Of a stretch of 64,000 bases of DNA, positions 55,193 through 64,000 are shown one piece after another (within the stretch, counting starts at the first letter, position 1; every line of letters starts with the position of its first letter). Location: contig JAPMXV010000024.1 of assembly GCA_026936335.1 (NCBI GenBank), forward strand, positions 1 to 64,000, given 5' to 3'. The position numbers were made by a program, and so were the translations under genes. The notes beneath the pieces were generated by a model. That model saw only the letters and a program-made list of their open reading frames with translations. It did not search any database and was not told the DNA's origin. This stretch comes from Mantamonas sphyraenae STR306. Taxonomy: Eukaryota > Protista > CRuMs.

Positions 55193-57571
55193 ATGAGCAC
55201 ATTGGAAGCATGGAAAAGAATGTGCTCGGCCTACCGGGCTGGTGTGCTGGAAAACGACGTGGAAGCATTGCAGGCAGTGGAGAAGGAGGCAATGGAAGAT
55301 TTTGATGGGCAGGAGGACGAGGCGTTGCTGAGGCTCTTGGAGTTTTCCCTCCCTGAGGACCGTGGAGGCACTGCACACATCATGGTGGCACAGGGACATG
55401 CGCTAGAGTATCTTGTGGAGCTGCTGTCTCGGAATATGAGCTTGGCAAAGAAGGTGGCGTTGCTGCCAAACGAGAAAAACACCTTGCTTTTCCAGGTCGC
55501 TGCCCAGCACAACCGCGCACAGCTGCTGCGCGTGCTGCTGGAGCCTGCCTTGCTCCTGGTGGAAACCAAAAACAAACTGACGATGGGACACATTGCATGC
55601 CATTTTGGGTGTGTCGAGGCGCTGCAGGTGTTGGTGGAGGTTGCGGCGGAAAGCGATCAACTCGACCAATTCCTGACAACCAAGAATGCTCGAATGGAGA
55701 CGCCGCTGATGGTCGCTGTGCTGCGTGGACACGTTGAGTGTGCACACGTGTTGTGTGCAAGCAGCCCCTACGTCGTGTCGAGTGTTGAGATGGTGGCAGC
55801 CATCGACCAGGGCTCCCTGGAGCTGGTGAACCTCTTCCTCGAAACTTTGGCGTCCATGAGTGCGAGTGGATCAGTCTCTGTGGCACCTCTGTGGCTGCTA
55901 CATGCTGGAACCAATGTCACCATTCTCAAAGCCCTGATGGACGCAGTTCAACGGCGTCGCAACAGGGTGTGGGTTGACCTAGCTGGGACCGAAGGGGCCG
56001 CACGAACCCTGGATGCCCTCATCCACAGCGTACTGGCGCCTGAAGAGACATACGACGAATCAAACCTCACACGAGCGATGGTGAAAGCAGTGAGCGTTGG
56101 AAGCAGAGCAAACGTGGCTTTGTTGGAGGAGACGGTGTTGCGTGGGCTGCAGCTGGAGTTGATCAGCGCCGTGTCGGTGTTGGTCATCCTGACGGGTGTG
56201 TTGAAGGAGTGTTTCACGCGAGGCTTCGGTGACAACGTCCCAATGGAACTTGTGCAGGAGTTGTACGAGCGGCTGCAGGCAATTGCCTTTGCAGAAGACG
56301 AGGAGCCACGCAGGGAAGGGTTGCGTGAGGAATTGGGCAGAATGGTGCGCACACACAAGCTTGGAAAGGGTGGTCGGTGGTTGCATTGGATGCTGCAGGA
56401 GGATTTGTTGCCTTGCACCAAGGACATGCTGGACAACTACGCACACTTCATGCAGCAGAACTCGCCCACCGAGGAACACACACACATGCTGGCACACATC
56501 ATCGGCAAGATGGAAATCGATCGAGCGCGTGGTTCCAATCGAGATGGGGAGGAGCACTTCCTGAGTGAGACCGCAGCTCGCGATTTTCTGCTTTGGTGGC
56601 CCGGTGTCACCTGGCCTCTGTTGCGCTCCGTGCTGGGATTTGTTTCTGAAAAGCGCCAAGATGAAGCGTACACCTATGCGATTGGCGTAGCAGCAAGCGA
56701 TGCAAAGCATCTGGAAGTGCTGACTCAGCTTTTGCGTGTGCAGGTCCGTGACCAGGTTGGTCGGTTGGTCATCAGCAGACCCATCAGGGGGGGCCGCAGA
56801 ACGCCATTGTTGAACGCAGTCAAGAACGAAAACATGGAAGGGCTCAGGGTGCTTGTGGAGGCCGGTGCGGATGCCTCGGTGAGCAACGACCGCGGGTGGA
56901 CCCCGCTGATGCTGGCATGCCAAATGGGCAACGTGGAGATGGTGCGTGTGTTGTCACACGCCGAAGGATTCGATGTCAACGCACGCAATGAGAATGGGGC
57001 CACGGCAGCGTTCATTGCGGCAGGGGAGGGGCGCGACGAGGTGATCCAAGAACTGGCCATCCTGGGGGCCGATTTGGACATGCCCAAGTTCAGTTCCAGC
57101 ACACCGTTCTACGTGGCGGCAGAGGACGACCATCCGTCGACCCTGTACGTACTTGCACATTTGGGTGTGGACAAAGAGGCGGTGCGACCGAGCACGGGGG
57201 ACACGGCGGTGACTGTGGCATCGCACTACGGAAACATCGACTCTGTGGTTGCCTGCCACGATCTCGGATGCAACATGCATCAAGTGGACGCAAATGGCAA
57301 CAATGCATTTACCAACGCCCTGCTGGAACGCAGGCAAGCGTGTGCGCAGTACCTGCTGTACGTGGTCGGTGCCGATCCCAACGCCTGTGACATGGAGCAT
57401 CCCAGCATCCGCCACCACATGTACCACATGGTCACCCAACGCGAGGACATCACCGATGAGCGCTGGAGTGCTCTGCGCGAGAGCATGACTGAGGATGGCA
57501 AGACGAAGCCGTGGAGCATCGACGAGCTGCTACAACTTGACGATTGGAAGCAATTGGGTGCAGGCAGGTGA
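55193..57571 (+). CDS. Ankyrin-repeat protein (N- and C-terminal ANK clusters)
   Basis: ETPLMVAVLRGHVECA, RTPLLNAV, GWTPLMLACQMGNVEMV, GATAAFIAAGEG. Confidence 0.85.
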   Translation: MSTLEAWKRMCSAYRAGVLENDVEALQAVEKEAMEDFDGQEDEALLRLLEFSLPEDRGGTAHIMVAQGHALEYLVELLSRNMSLAKKVALLPNEKNTLLFQVAAQHNRAQLLRVLLEPALLLVETKNKLTMGHIACHFGCVEALQVLVEVAAESDQLDQFLTTKNARMETPLMVAVLRGHVECAHVLCASSPYVVSSVEMVAAIDQGSLELVNLFLETLASMSASGSVSVAPLWLLHAGTNVTILKALMDAVQRRRNRVWVDLAGTEGAARTLDALIHSVLAPEETYDESNLTRAMVKAVSVGSRANVALLEETVLRGLQLELISAVSVLVILTGVLKECFTRGFGDNVPMELVQELYERLQAIAFAEDEEPRREGLREELGRMVRTHKLGKGGRWLHWMLQEDLLPCTKDMLDNYAHFMQQNSPTEEHTHMLAHIIGKMEIDRARGSNRDGEEHFLSETAARDFLLWWPGVTWPLLRSVLGFVSEKRQDEAYTYAIGVAASDAKHLEVLTQLLRVQVRDQVGRLVISRPIRGGRRTPLLNAVKNENMEGLRVLVEAGADASVSNDRGWTPLMLACQMGNVEMVRVLSHAEGFDVNARNENGATAAFIAAGEGRDEVIQELAILGADLDMPKFSSSTPFYVAAEDDHPSTLYVLAHLGVDKEAVRPSTGDTAVTVASHYGNIDSVVACHDLGCNMHQVDANGNNAFTNALLERRQACAQYLLYVVGADPNACDMEHPSIRHHMYHMVTQREDITDERWSALRESMTEDGKTKPWSIDELLQLDDWKQLGAGR

Positions 57572-57745
57572 GGAGGAGGAGGAGGAGGAGGAGGAAGTTG
57601 GGAGGGTTGATTGTGGGTGCGTGGGGGGTGCAGGTTCTCTCAGGTGGCAGCCCTGCTCCATCAACGCACGCATCAACCCAATCGACTTGACATCCATTCC
57701 ATCCATCATGAGACACATCCCACGGGGGGGGGGGCAGAAACAAAA

Positions 57746-58246
57746 TCACTCCCACGAGTGCATGGTGACCTTGAACACAAGGTCTGCGTTGGGTGGGATG
57801 CTTGCACCTGCGCCGTTCTCCCCATAGCCCTTTTCCGAGTTGATGACGATGTACGCCGTCTCACCCTTCTTCATGGTCACCATGCTTTCGTCCCAGCCTG
57901 CAATGAGTCGCTTCACGCCGATGGCCGACGAAAAGGTGCGTCCGCGCTCCACGCTGGAGTCGAACTTGGAGCCGTCGGCCAGCAACCAACCCGTGTAGTC
58001 CACAGTGACGGTGTCGCCGCTGGACGGTGTGTCCTCACCCTCGCCCTCGGTGACAATGATCTTTTCCCAGGCCTCGGGCGGGTTGGCAATCAGCTTCTGC
58101 ATTTTGCCGCAAACGGCCTTGTGGCCTGCCTTCCAGTCGTTCAGTTGGCACTCACGGCAGCAGTACAGCGACACCTTGCACTTGGAGCATCGGTTGACGC
58201 CCTTGTTGTCGCCGCATGCATCACAGGGGATTCCGGAGGAGCTCAT
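57746..58246 (-). CDS. MYND zinc finger fused to an FKBP-type PPIase
   Basis: CDAC...RCSKCKVSLYCCRECQLNDWKAGHKAVC, then GDTVTVDYTGWL...FDSS...LIAGWDE...GYG...IPPNADLVF. Confidence 0.9.
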   Translation of the reverse strand: MSSSGIPCDACGDNKGVNRCSKCKVSLYCCRECQLNDWKAGHKAVCGKMQKLIANPPEAWEKIIVTEGEGEDTPSSGDTVTVDYTGWLLADGSKFDSSVERGRTFSSAIGVKRLIAGWDESMVTMKKGETAYIVINSEKGYGENGAGASIPPNADLVFKVTMHSWE

Positions 58247-58326
58247 GTTGGTGTGTTGTGTGTTGGTGGCTTCGCTTTTCAATGGGTGCCGTCGCGCTCG
58301 GCCCGGAACGCAAACCCCAGAAGCCT

Positions 58327-59896
58327 ATGTCCCAGTACCTCAACGCCAAATTGCCCAAACTGGACGACATTGGACCCAGTGAGGGCATTGAGATCAAGTC
58401 GCCTCACGATGGGTATCCGGACACGTTCACGGAGGAGCAAAAGGAGGTGCGTGTGCGATTGTTGGCTTTTTTTGTTTGTGTGTGTGGGTCACTCGTGTGT
58501 CCCCCGCTGCAGGGAAATTGCATGTGACAGCCGTGGTACAGCCGTCCAGTGCGCATTGCGTAGATCGCCGCTTGGGTTCTCAGTGTGCAGTGTGGGGGGG
58601 CAGTGTGTGAGGTGCCGGCGCGAACAAGAGGGGAGGGAATGTCGCGCACACCCATGCTTTGCTGCAGCCGACACATGGCATGGCATGGCACACCTGACCG
58701 CACTCTGCAAAACCCCCTCACCCCCCATTGATTTCCCCCGTCTTCCCCCACCACACACGCACGCACAGCTGTTTACCAAGTTCAAGGAGGAACACAAAGA
58801 TATCCTGACGGAGAGGAACAACGACTGGGAGCTGAGCAGGTGGTTGCGTGCAAAGAACTGGAACTACGAGGTGGCGTCGGAATGGCTCAAGGCGGACGCA
58901 GAGTTTGTGAAGGAGCACCAAGTGGACAAGATTTTCGAGAGGGAGTTTCCGGAGCTGTTGGTGAAGTACTTCCCGTCTGGCTTTCAAGGATTTGCCATTT
59001 CGGCGCGCGGCGACTACGTTTTGCTCATGCACGAGCGGCTGGGTCAGATTGACACCAAGGGCTTGCTGAAGTACTGCTCTCATGACGAGTTGGTCAACTA
59101 CCACATCTATCTGCAGGAGTGTGCGGTGGCATACAAGGCCCAGCGCTGCGCAGAGCTGGGCTACCCGCCGGAAATGGGTTGGACCATTCGCACGGTGTTG
59201 GTGCAGGACCTCCACGGCCTGGGCTTTTCCCACTTGTACACCCCGGCGTTGAATGTCCTGCAGGAGTTTCTGTTCATCGATGACCACCACTATCCGGACA
59301 CACTGGGGGTGTTGGTGATCACACGCAACCCCAGCATCTTCAATGTCATCTGGTCCATCATCAAGGCATGGCTGGACGAGGGAACCATCGAAAAGTTTGC
59401 CATCATGGGCAACAAGTACGAAAGCAAGCTGGAGGAGCTGTACGGGGGTGAGGTGTCACGTCTGCCTACCTATCTGGGTGGCGAATGGGAATCCACGGCC
59501 TCGCAGGGTGGCTTTGTCGAGGACGACACAGAGGGGTTGGAACAGGTGACCGTGGGCAGTGGCAAGGTGCACGAGGTGGAACTGCACGTGGAGAACGAGT
59601 GCCTCCTGGAGTGGCAATTCACCACCGAATCCTACGACATCGCCTTTGGCATCGTCATGCGCGACGGCGACGAAGAGGTCGAAATCGTCGGAATGGACAA
59701 ACACGACAGCTACCGTGAGGCAGTGCGTGGCTCCGTCATGGCCGACACCCCGGGCAAGTACGTGGCCCAGTTTTCCAATCACCACAGCTATTTCCGCTCC
59801 AAAACAGTCACCTACCGCCTCAAGACCTCGGACATCGACAAGGGTGACTTTGCAGAGCACAGCGAGGATTCAGAGAATGTGCAGGTGGAGGCATAG
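58327..59896 (+). CDS. SEC14-like lipid-binding protein with C-terminal GOLD domain, 2 exons (58327-58446, 58769-59896)
   Basis: LSRWLRAKNWN (CRAL-TRIO N), DLHGLG, HYPDTL, IWSIIKAWLDEGTIEK; GOLD LEWQFTTESYDIAFG...FSNHHSYFRSK. Confidence 0.92.
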
Positions 59897-59956
59897 GGAG
59901 AGAGAGCGACGAGCACCACAACAAGGATGTGTTCTTTCTTTTTTTTGAATCCATCC

Positions 59957-61396
59957 TCAGTCGCCCAGGTCCCAACGAGCAATCACCACAATGTGGATGT
60001 CGTTGTTGCCGTCAATGAGGACATTTGGGTTCTGGGTGGCAAACATGGCGTCCTCGTCCATGGCATACGGGTCCATGACCACGCGCGGCTGAATCTTGTT
60101 TGATGACGGGACGTTCATCAACACGACGTCCTTGAGCTTGGCCGCGATCGTGAGCTTCTCAAGGTACATGTTTCGTGCCGCCTCAATCACTTCGTTGACA
60201 TGTGCGCCTGCTTCCAGCACTCTGGGTTCTCCATTTTGCAACAGGGGACGGAGGACGATGCGGGCAGCGGCGAGATCCACTTCGGCCTGCTCCTCCGTTT
60301 CCACCGCCTCCTTTGCTTCGACCTCTGTGGCCAGGATCTCCGCTTCTGCCTCGCTGCCTTCGCTGACGATGTGGTCGACCACGTGGGCCACCGGATGTGC
60401 GTCGCGCACGTTGTCTTGGGCACCCGTGTCATCGTTGTCGTCGTTGTCGGTCCCGGCCTCTGGAGCAGTAAAGGTGGCATTCCAGGTGTCATCTGTGGAA
60501 TCGCTGGCAAAGGACATGTTGCAGGACAACGAAGCACACACACCCTCCCATTGCATGGTGACTGTCTGTCCTTGTTCCACGTGACCCGAGGCAAAACACA
60601 CCGCACCGGGGTGTTGATACTGCGGGTCGTTTGCACGCACAATGCCCTCTCCTCCCTCCACAACGTTGTCCTTGCTTGCCTCCTTCCATTCCAACCTAGC
60701 TCCAGGCAGTGTGCAACGGACGACATACAACGCCTCTGTCTTGTCTGCGTGGCGTTCGTCGCGGCTGATGACAAGATGCTCCCACAACGATCCATCCACA
60801 CGCAGTTCGTTGTCCACCTGCACCTCCAACACATCGCCTGGTTGGATCCCTTCCAGCACGTCGTTCCCACGATAGGTGGTTTCCGAGGCGGCGTGGAACA
60901 GGGCCAGTTCGTTCAGGTTCGGGCGTTGTTGTCCCGTTGCCACCGGCAAACTCGCAAGCACGTGACGTGCTCGTTGCTGCGCATGTGCCATCGTCACCTT
61001 GTGCTCTGTGCCATCTTGCGTCACCACAGTCACCGTCACGTCGTCTGGCTGCATGGGCAGGCGGACAAACAAACAACGCGATTCTGAGAGGGCGACTTCG
61101 TCGACCCTTTTTCCCATGTCGTCTGCGTCGAGCCTGGGGGGCGACTTTGCCGGGGAGTCGGATGCAGAGGACGACGACGACGACGAGAACGGTGGCACCA
61201 CACACGCCACCACGTTGGCCAGAGTGTCAACCACCCGGTGTTTGTATGCGAGCTGGACGTCAATGAGAAACTCAGCCACGGTTGTCTCTGCCGTCGGATA
61301 CGCGACAAAGCGGCAGGTGTGTGGCCACGAATGGACCCACACAACGACACCGTCGTCATGTGGTTGTTCCTCTTGTGCTTGTTGCTGGGATGACAT
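59957..61396 (-). CDS. Uncharacterised protein, possibly with several ubiquitin-like (beta-grasp) domains
   Basis: Only the part from MSSQQQAQ looks coding; VTVTVVTQDGTEHKVTM...LALFH...GIQPGDVLEV resembles a Ubl pattern. Confidence 0.6.
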   Translation of the reverse strand: MSSQQQAQEEQPHDDGVVVWVHSWPHTCRFVAYPTAETTVAEFLIDVQLAYKHRVVDTLANVVACVVPPFSSSSSSSASDSPAKSPPRLDADDMGKRVDEVALSESRCLFVRLPMQPDDVTVTVVTQDGTEHKVTMAHAQQRARHVLASLPVATGQQRPNLNELALFHAASETTYRGNDVLEGIQPGDVLEVQVDNELRVDGSLWEHLVISRDERHADKTEALYVVRCTLPGARLEWKEASKDNVVEGGEGIVRANDPQYQHPGAVCFASGHVEQGQTVTMQWEGVCASLSCNMSFASDSTDDTWNATFTAPEAGTDNDDNDDTGAQDNVRDAHPVAHVVDHIVSEGSEAEAEILATEVEAKEAVETEEQAEVDLAAARIVLRPLLQNGEPRVLEAGAHVNEVIEAARNMYLEKLTIAAKLKDVVLMNVPSSNKIQPRVVMDPYAMDEDAMFATQNPNVLIDGNNDIHIVVIARWDLGD

Positions 61397-61483
61397 CTTT
61401 TTGCGTTTGCTTGGCCAGCAGCGCGTTCCTGACAACGCAAACCCACACCATTCGCTCACCTGTGCTTGCATTAACAACCCCCG

Positions 61484-64000
61484 ATGGAACCGCCGCGGGA
61501 CGACGCACCAAGCGAAGCAGAGTGCAGTGGGTATGCATTGGGCATGCTTGAGGCGCACGTGCGCGAGGACGGCGTGCAGCGCAAGGGGGCAGAGGCGTGT
61601 GATCACCTGCTTGCCACGGCGTGGTCCAACGCGTACCTGACTCAGGAATCGGCGCTGGCCGCCGACGTGCAGGCACAGGCATTCCCTCCGGCCGTGCGTC
61701 GATGCATCGACACATATGGCAAGCCGACAGCAGGTGGATTGGTGCCCGAATTGCATCGTGCCTGGCTTGCGTGCCACTCGGTGTTGCTTCTGTGGGATTA
61801 CCACACCGGGAGCGACCTGGTCGTGTACGACGAACTTCAGGACGACATTCGCACCCTGGCTCTGGCTGTGCCCGACCCCACCTGCAACGTGTTTGAGGCC
61901 TTTGTCACCCACCTTGTGTTGTTGGTCACTGCCAACGACCTGGTCATCCTCGGCCTGGAAGCCACCCGGGACATCGACTCTTTCTCCGTGCAGCTCTTCC
62001 CCACAGGCCTCTCCGTGGCCCTCCATCCCATGCGTGTGCAACACATCCTCGGCACCCCTTCCGGTCGTGTCTTTGTCACCGCCGGCAAATCCGCCCCGTA
62101 CCGTCTGTACGAGCTCGTGTACAACCCGCAGGAAAGCTGGTTCTCCAAGCGTTGCGAGCTCCAAGACGTGACCCCATCCACCGTACGCAACAGCAGTGGA
62201 GGCAAGAATGGAGGCGGCGGCGGCAGCAGCAGTGGCACAGGTGGAAGCGGAAGCAGCTTCGGTTTGGCACCCCTGGCCGAGTACGTCGGGTATTTCGGAA
62301 ACGCGGCGTGCCCGTCGTTTGGCGCGCTCGCCCACGATCCGGCCAACAATTTGCTGTACGCAGTGACAGAGGCATGCCATGTGCAAGTGTTTGATCTGGG
62401 CGAATCGGGCTACGAGTGGACACATCTGGAAGACAGCGGGGTGGCACTCGATTTGAACAGCATCGAGGAGGCGTGTGCGGATCAGTTTGCACAGGCAGGC
62501 GATCGTAAGGATCCGTCCGTGGTGGCGCTGCACGTGCACAGCAGCAGTGAGAGCGCAGGGGTACGCACACAGGGCACTGCATACGATGTGGTGGCCATCA
62601 CACGTGACGGCTGGCGGTTGTATTTGACGCTGGAGACGGAGGAAGGGCGACCCTTTCTTGTGTTTACGCACATGCGACTGCCGCCACAGCGTGTGGGCTT
62701 CTCCCTCGACGCTGCCAGTGTCTGTGTCCACGAGCAGCACTTTGTATATTCCAATGCGTCGGCGTTGCACTTTCACCTCGTCAGCCCGCTGGCCGCGGGG
62801 CATGGCGGAGCCGACGGCGCCTTGGGCAGGCTTCACGAAGCTCACACCCTGGTCGGCAACCAAGTCAACCAGCCGGGACAGAGTGGCAACAACAGCAACA
62901 GCAACAACAACAACAACAGCAACAGCAGCAAGGGCAAGGGCAACACAAGTGGTAATGGCAACGGTGGTGGTATGACGCTGTCGTTGCCGACGCTGTACGG
63001 CATGGCGCCGTGGCCTGCGGAAGATGCGCTGTTTCAGGGCAGAGTTGCACGCACGTCGCCTTTGCTGACCCAACACCTGTTGCCAGCCAAGGCCTTTACG
63101 GTGCTTACCTCGCATGCACTTGTCACCGTGCGTGTGTTGCCTCCCATGGACCAGTTGCGACGCCTGCTGGACCGTGACTCCCCCTCACGCATTGCCATCT
63201 CTGCCTTTTTCACAACCTACGGCCCCACAGAGGCCCTGGCGATGTGTTTGCTCCTTGCCAGTGAGTGTGACGACTTGGCAATGGCATCGTCGTCGTCGTC
63301 GTCGTCGTCCTCCGCCTCGTCGGTGTCACGTGTGGCATCGCATGCCGCCGAGTTGTTGACGTCGATGAACAATACGCCGGCGTTGGTGGTGGGTACGGGT
63401 GGACGTGTGCTCGCATGTCCCGACAAGCCCGGATTTGTGGCACCGCACGAAACACGCCTGCAGATCGATTATGGCACGGAGGAGCAGCGGGTGCAGTTTA
63501 GCCACGCACACAACGCGTTGTATCTGGCCACCGCACGTCTGGTCTCCTTTGTGTGGGACCAGGGTGTGTTGAGCGGGGTTGCTGCAGCTGGAACAGAGAC
63601 GTTGACCTCTTCCTCCTCCTCCTCTGCACTCGGCCTCGTGCGGGCCACACTGAGCAAGAGTGAGGCAGAGAGTGTGTTGCGACGTGTGGAGACCCTGGTG
63701 CACTTTCTGCCACGCAGCATGCCGCAGGTTCAGGGCACCCCTGTGCAACGACTGCATGCCTTTCTGCGTCGCACGCCCCTTCACCACGTGCAAACCATGG
63801 AACTGCGCTCCTTGCTCCATCTGCGTGCTCTCCTCCGTCGTCTGGCCGAGTGTCTGCACCTGCTTGCTGCCGTTGCTGAGTACGCACCTGCCAACCTCTC
63901 TCGTCGCGCCGTGCGCCATCCCACCACCCTGGCAGCCCTTGTGGCAGGGACAAGCGTGGGTGCACAGTCTCTCTCTGCTTCGTCGTCGTCCAGGGCATCC
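61484..64000 (+). CDS. NUP155: Nucleoporin Nup155/Nup170-like (3'-partial; missing from the ORF track, apparently because it runs off the window)
   Basis: Hand translation of the N-terminal part from ATG 61484: GLVPELHRAWLACHSVLLLWDY, VFEAFVTHLVLLVTANDLVILGL, GTPSGRVFV, LYELVYNPQESWFSKRC, matching Nup155 N-terminal propeller motifs. Confidence 0.85.
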   Translation, partial: MEPPRDDAPSEAECSGYALGMLEAHVREDGVQRKGAEACDHLLATAWSNAYLTQESALAADVQAQAFPPAVRRCIDTYGKPTAGGLVPELHRAWLACHSVLLLWDYHTGSDLVVYDELQDDIRTLALAVPDPTCNVFEAFVTHLVLLVTANDLVILGLEATRDIDSFSVQLFPTGLSVALHPMRVQHILGTPSGRVFVTAGKSAPYRLYELVYNPQESWFSKRCELQDVTPSTVRNSSGGKNGGGGGSSSGTGGSGSSFGLAPLAEYVGYFGNAACPSFGALAHDPANNLLYAVTEACHVQVFDLGESGYEWTHLEDSGVALDLNSIEEACADQFAQAGDRKDPSVVALHVHSSSESAGVRTQGTAYDVVAITRDGWRLYLTLETEEGRPFLVFTHMRLPPQRVGFSLDAASVCVHEQHFVYSNASALHFHLVSPLAAGHGGADGALGRLHEAHTLVGNQVNQPGQSGNNSNSNNNNNSNSSKGKGNTSGNGNGGGMTLSLPTLYGMAPWPAEDALFQGRVARTSPLLTQHLLPAKAFTVLTSHALVTVRVLPPMDQLRRLLDRDSPSRIAISAFFTTYGPTEALAMCLLLASECDDLAMASSSSSSSSSASSVSRVASHAAELLTSMNNTPALVVGTGGRVLACPDKPGFVAPHETRLQIDYGTEEQRVQFSHAHNALYLATARLVSFVWDQGVLSGVAAAGTETLTSSSSSSALGLVRATLSKSEAESVLRRVETLVHFLPRSMPQVQGTPVQRLHAFLRRTPLHHVQTMELRSLLHLRALLRRLAECLHLLAAVAEYAPANLSRRAVRHPTTLAALVAGTSVGAQSLSASSSSRAS

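Noticed and set aside
61397-63115. N-terminal ~570 aa of the 1052-aa minus-strand ORF 59957..63115
   Set aside because: Antisense shadow of the plus-strand Nup155-like gene; only the part from ATG 61396 looks coding.

Overview
Gene-dense, GC-rich nuclear DNA of a unicellular eukaryote, probably flagellated (it has FAM92/CIBAR-like and LRRC9-like genes). The species cannot be determined from the sequence alone. The genetic code looks standard. Introns are short GT-AG introns with CTRAC/CTCAC-type branch points and CA-rich 3' ends. The window holds about 30 protein genes, two intron-containing tRNA-Leu genes and a compact core-histone quartet (H3<-/->H4, H2A<-/->H2B). Main result: all four histone genes, and no other gene I could see, carry the same ~57-nt 3' element. 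It is a GGCATT/AATGCC hairpin with an 11-12-nt A-rich loop (instead of the canonical 4-nt loop), then an ACCCA-like spacer, then TTCTTTTCT-AARGAG at a fixed 15-16 nt. This looks like an undescribed variant of the histone stem-loop plus histone-downstream-element 3'-processing signal in a protist. Other points of interest: H4 has K20R; a TPR gene contains a ~160-bp internal inversion that could be spliced out as a new intron; a Hippo/MST kinase has five SGTMV motifs; there are RasGAP-BCH-RhoGAP, MYND-FKBP, RING-HAD and FHA-macro-HIT fusions and a stand-alone single Kelch blade; head-to-head and tail-to-tail spacing is very tight. Two frameshifts (~3985 and 36411-36526) may be assembly errors. 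All family calls come from motif recognition by eye, not database searches.
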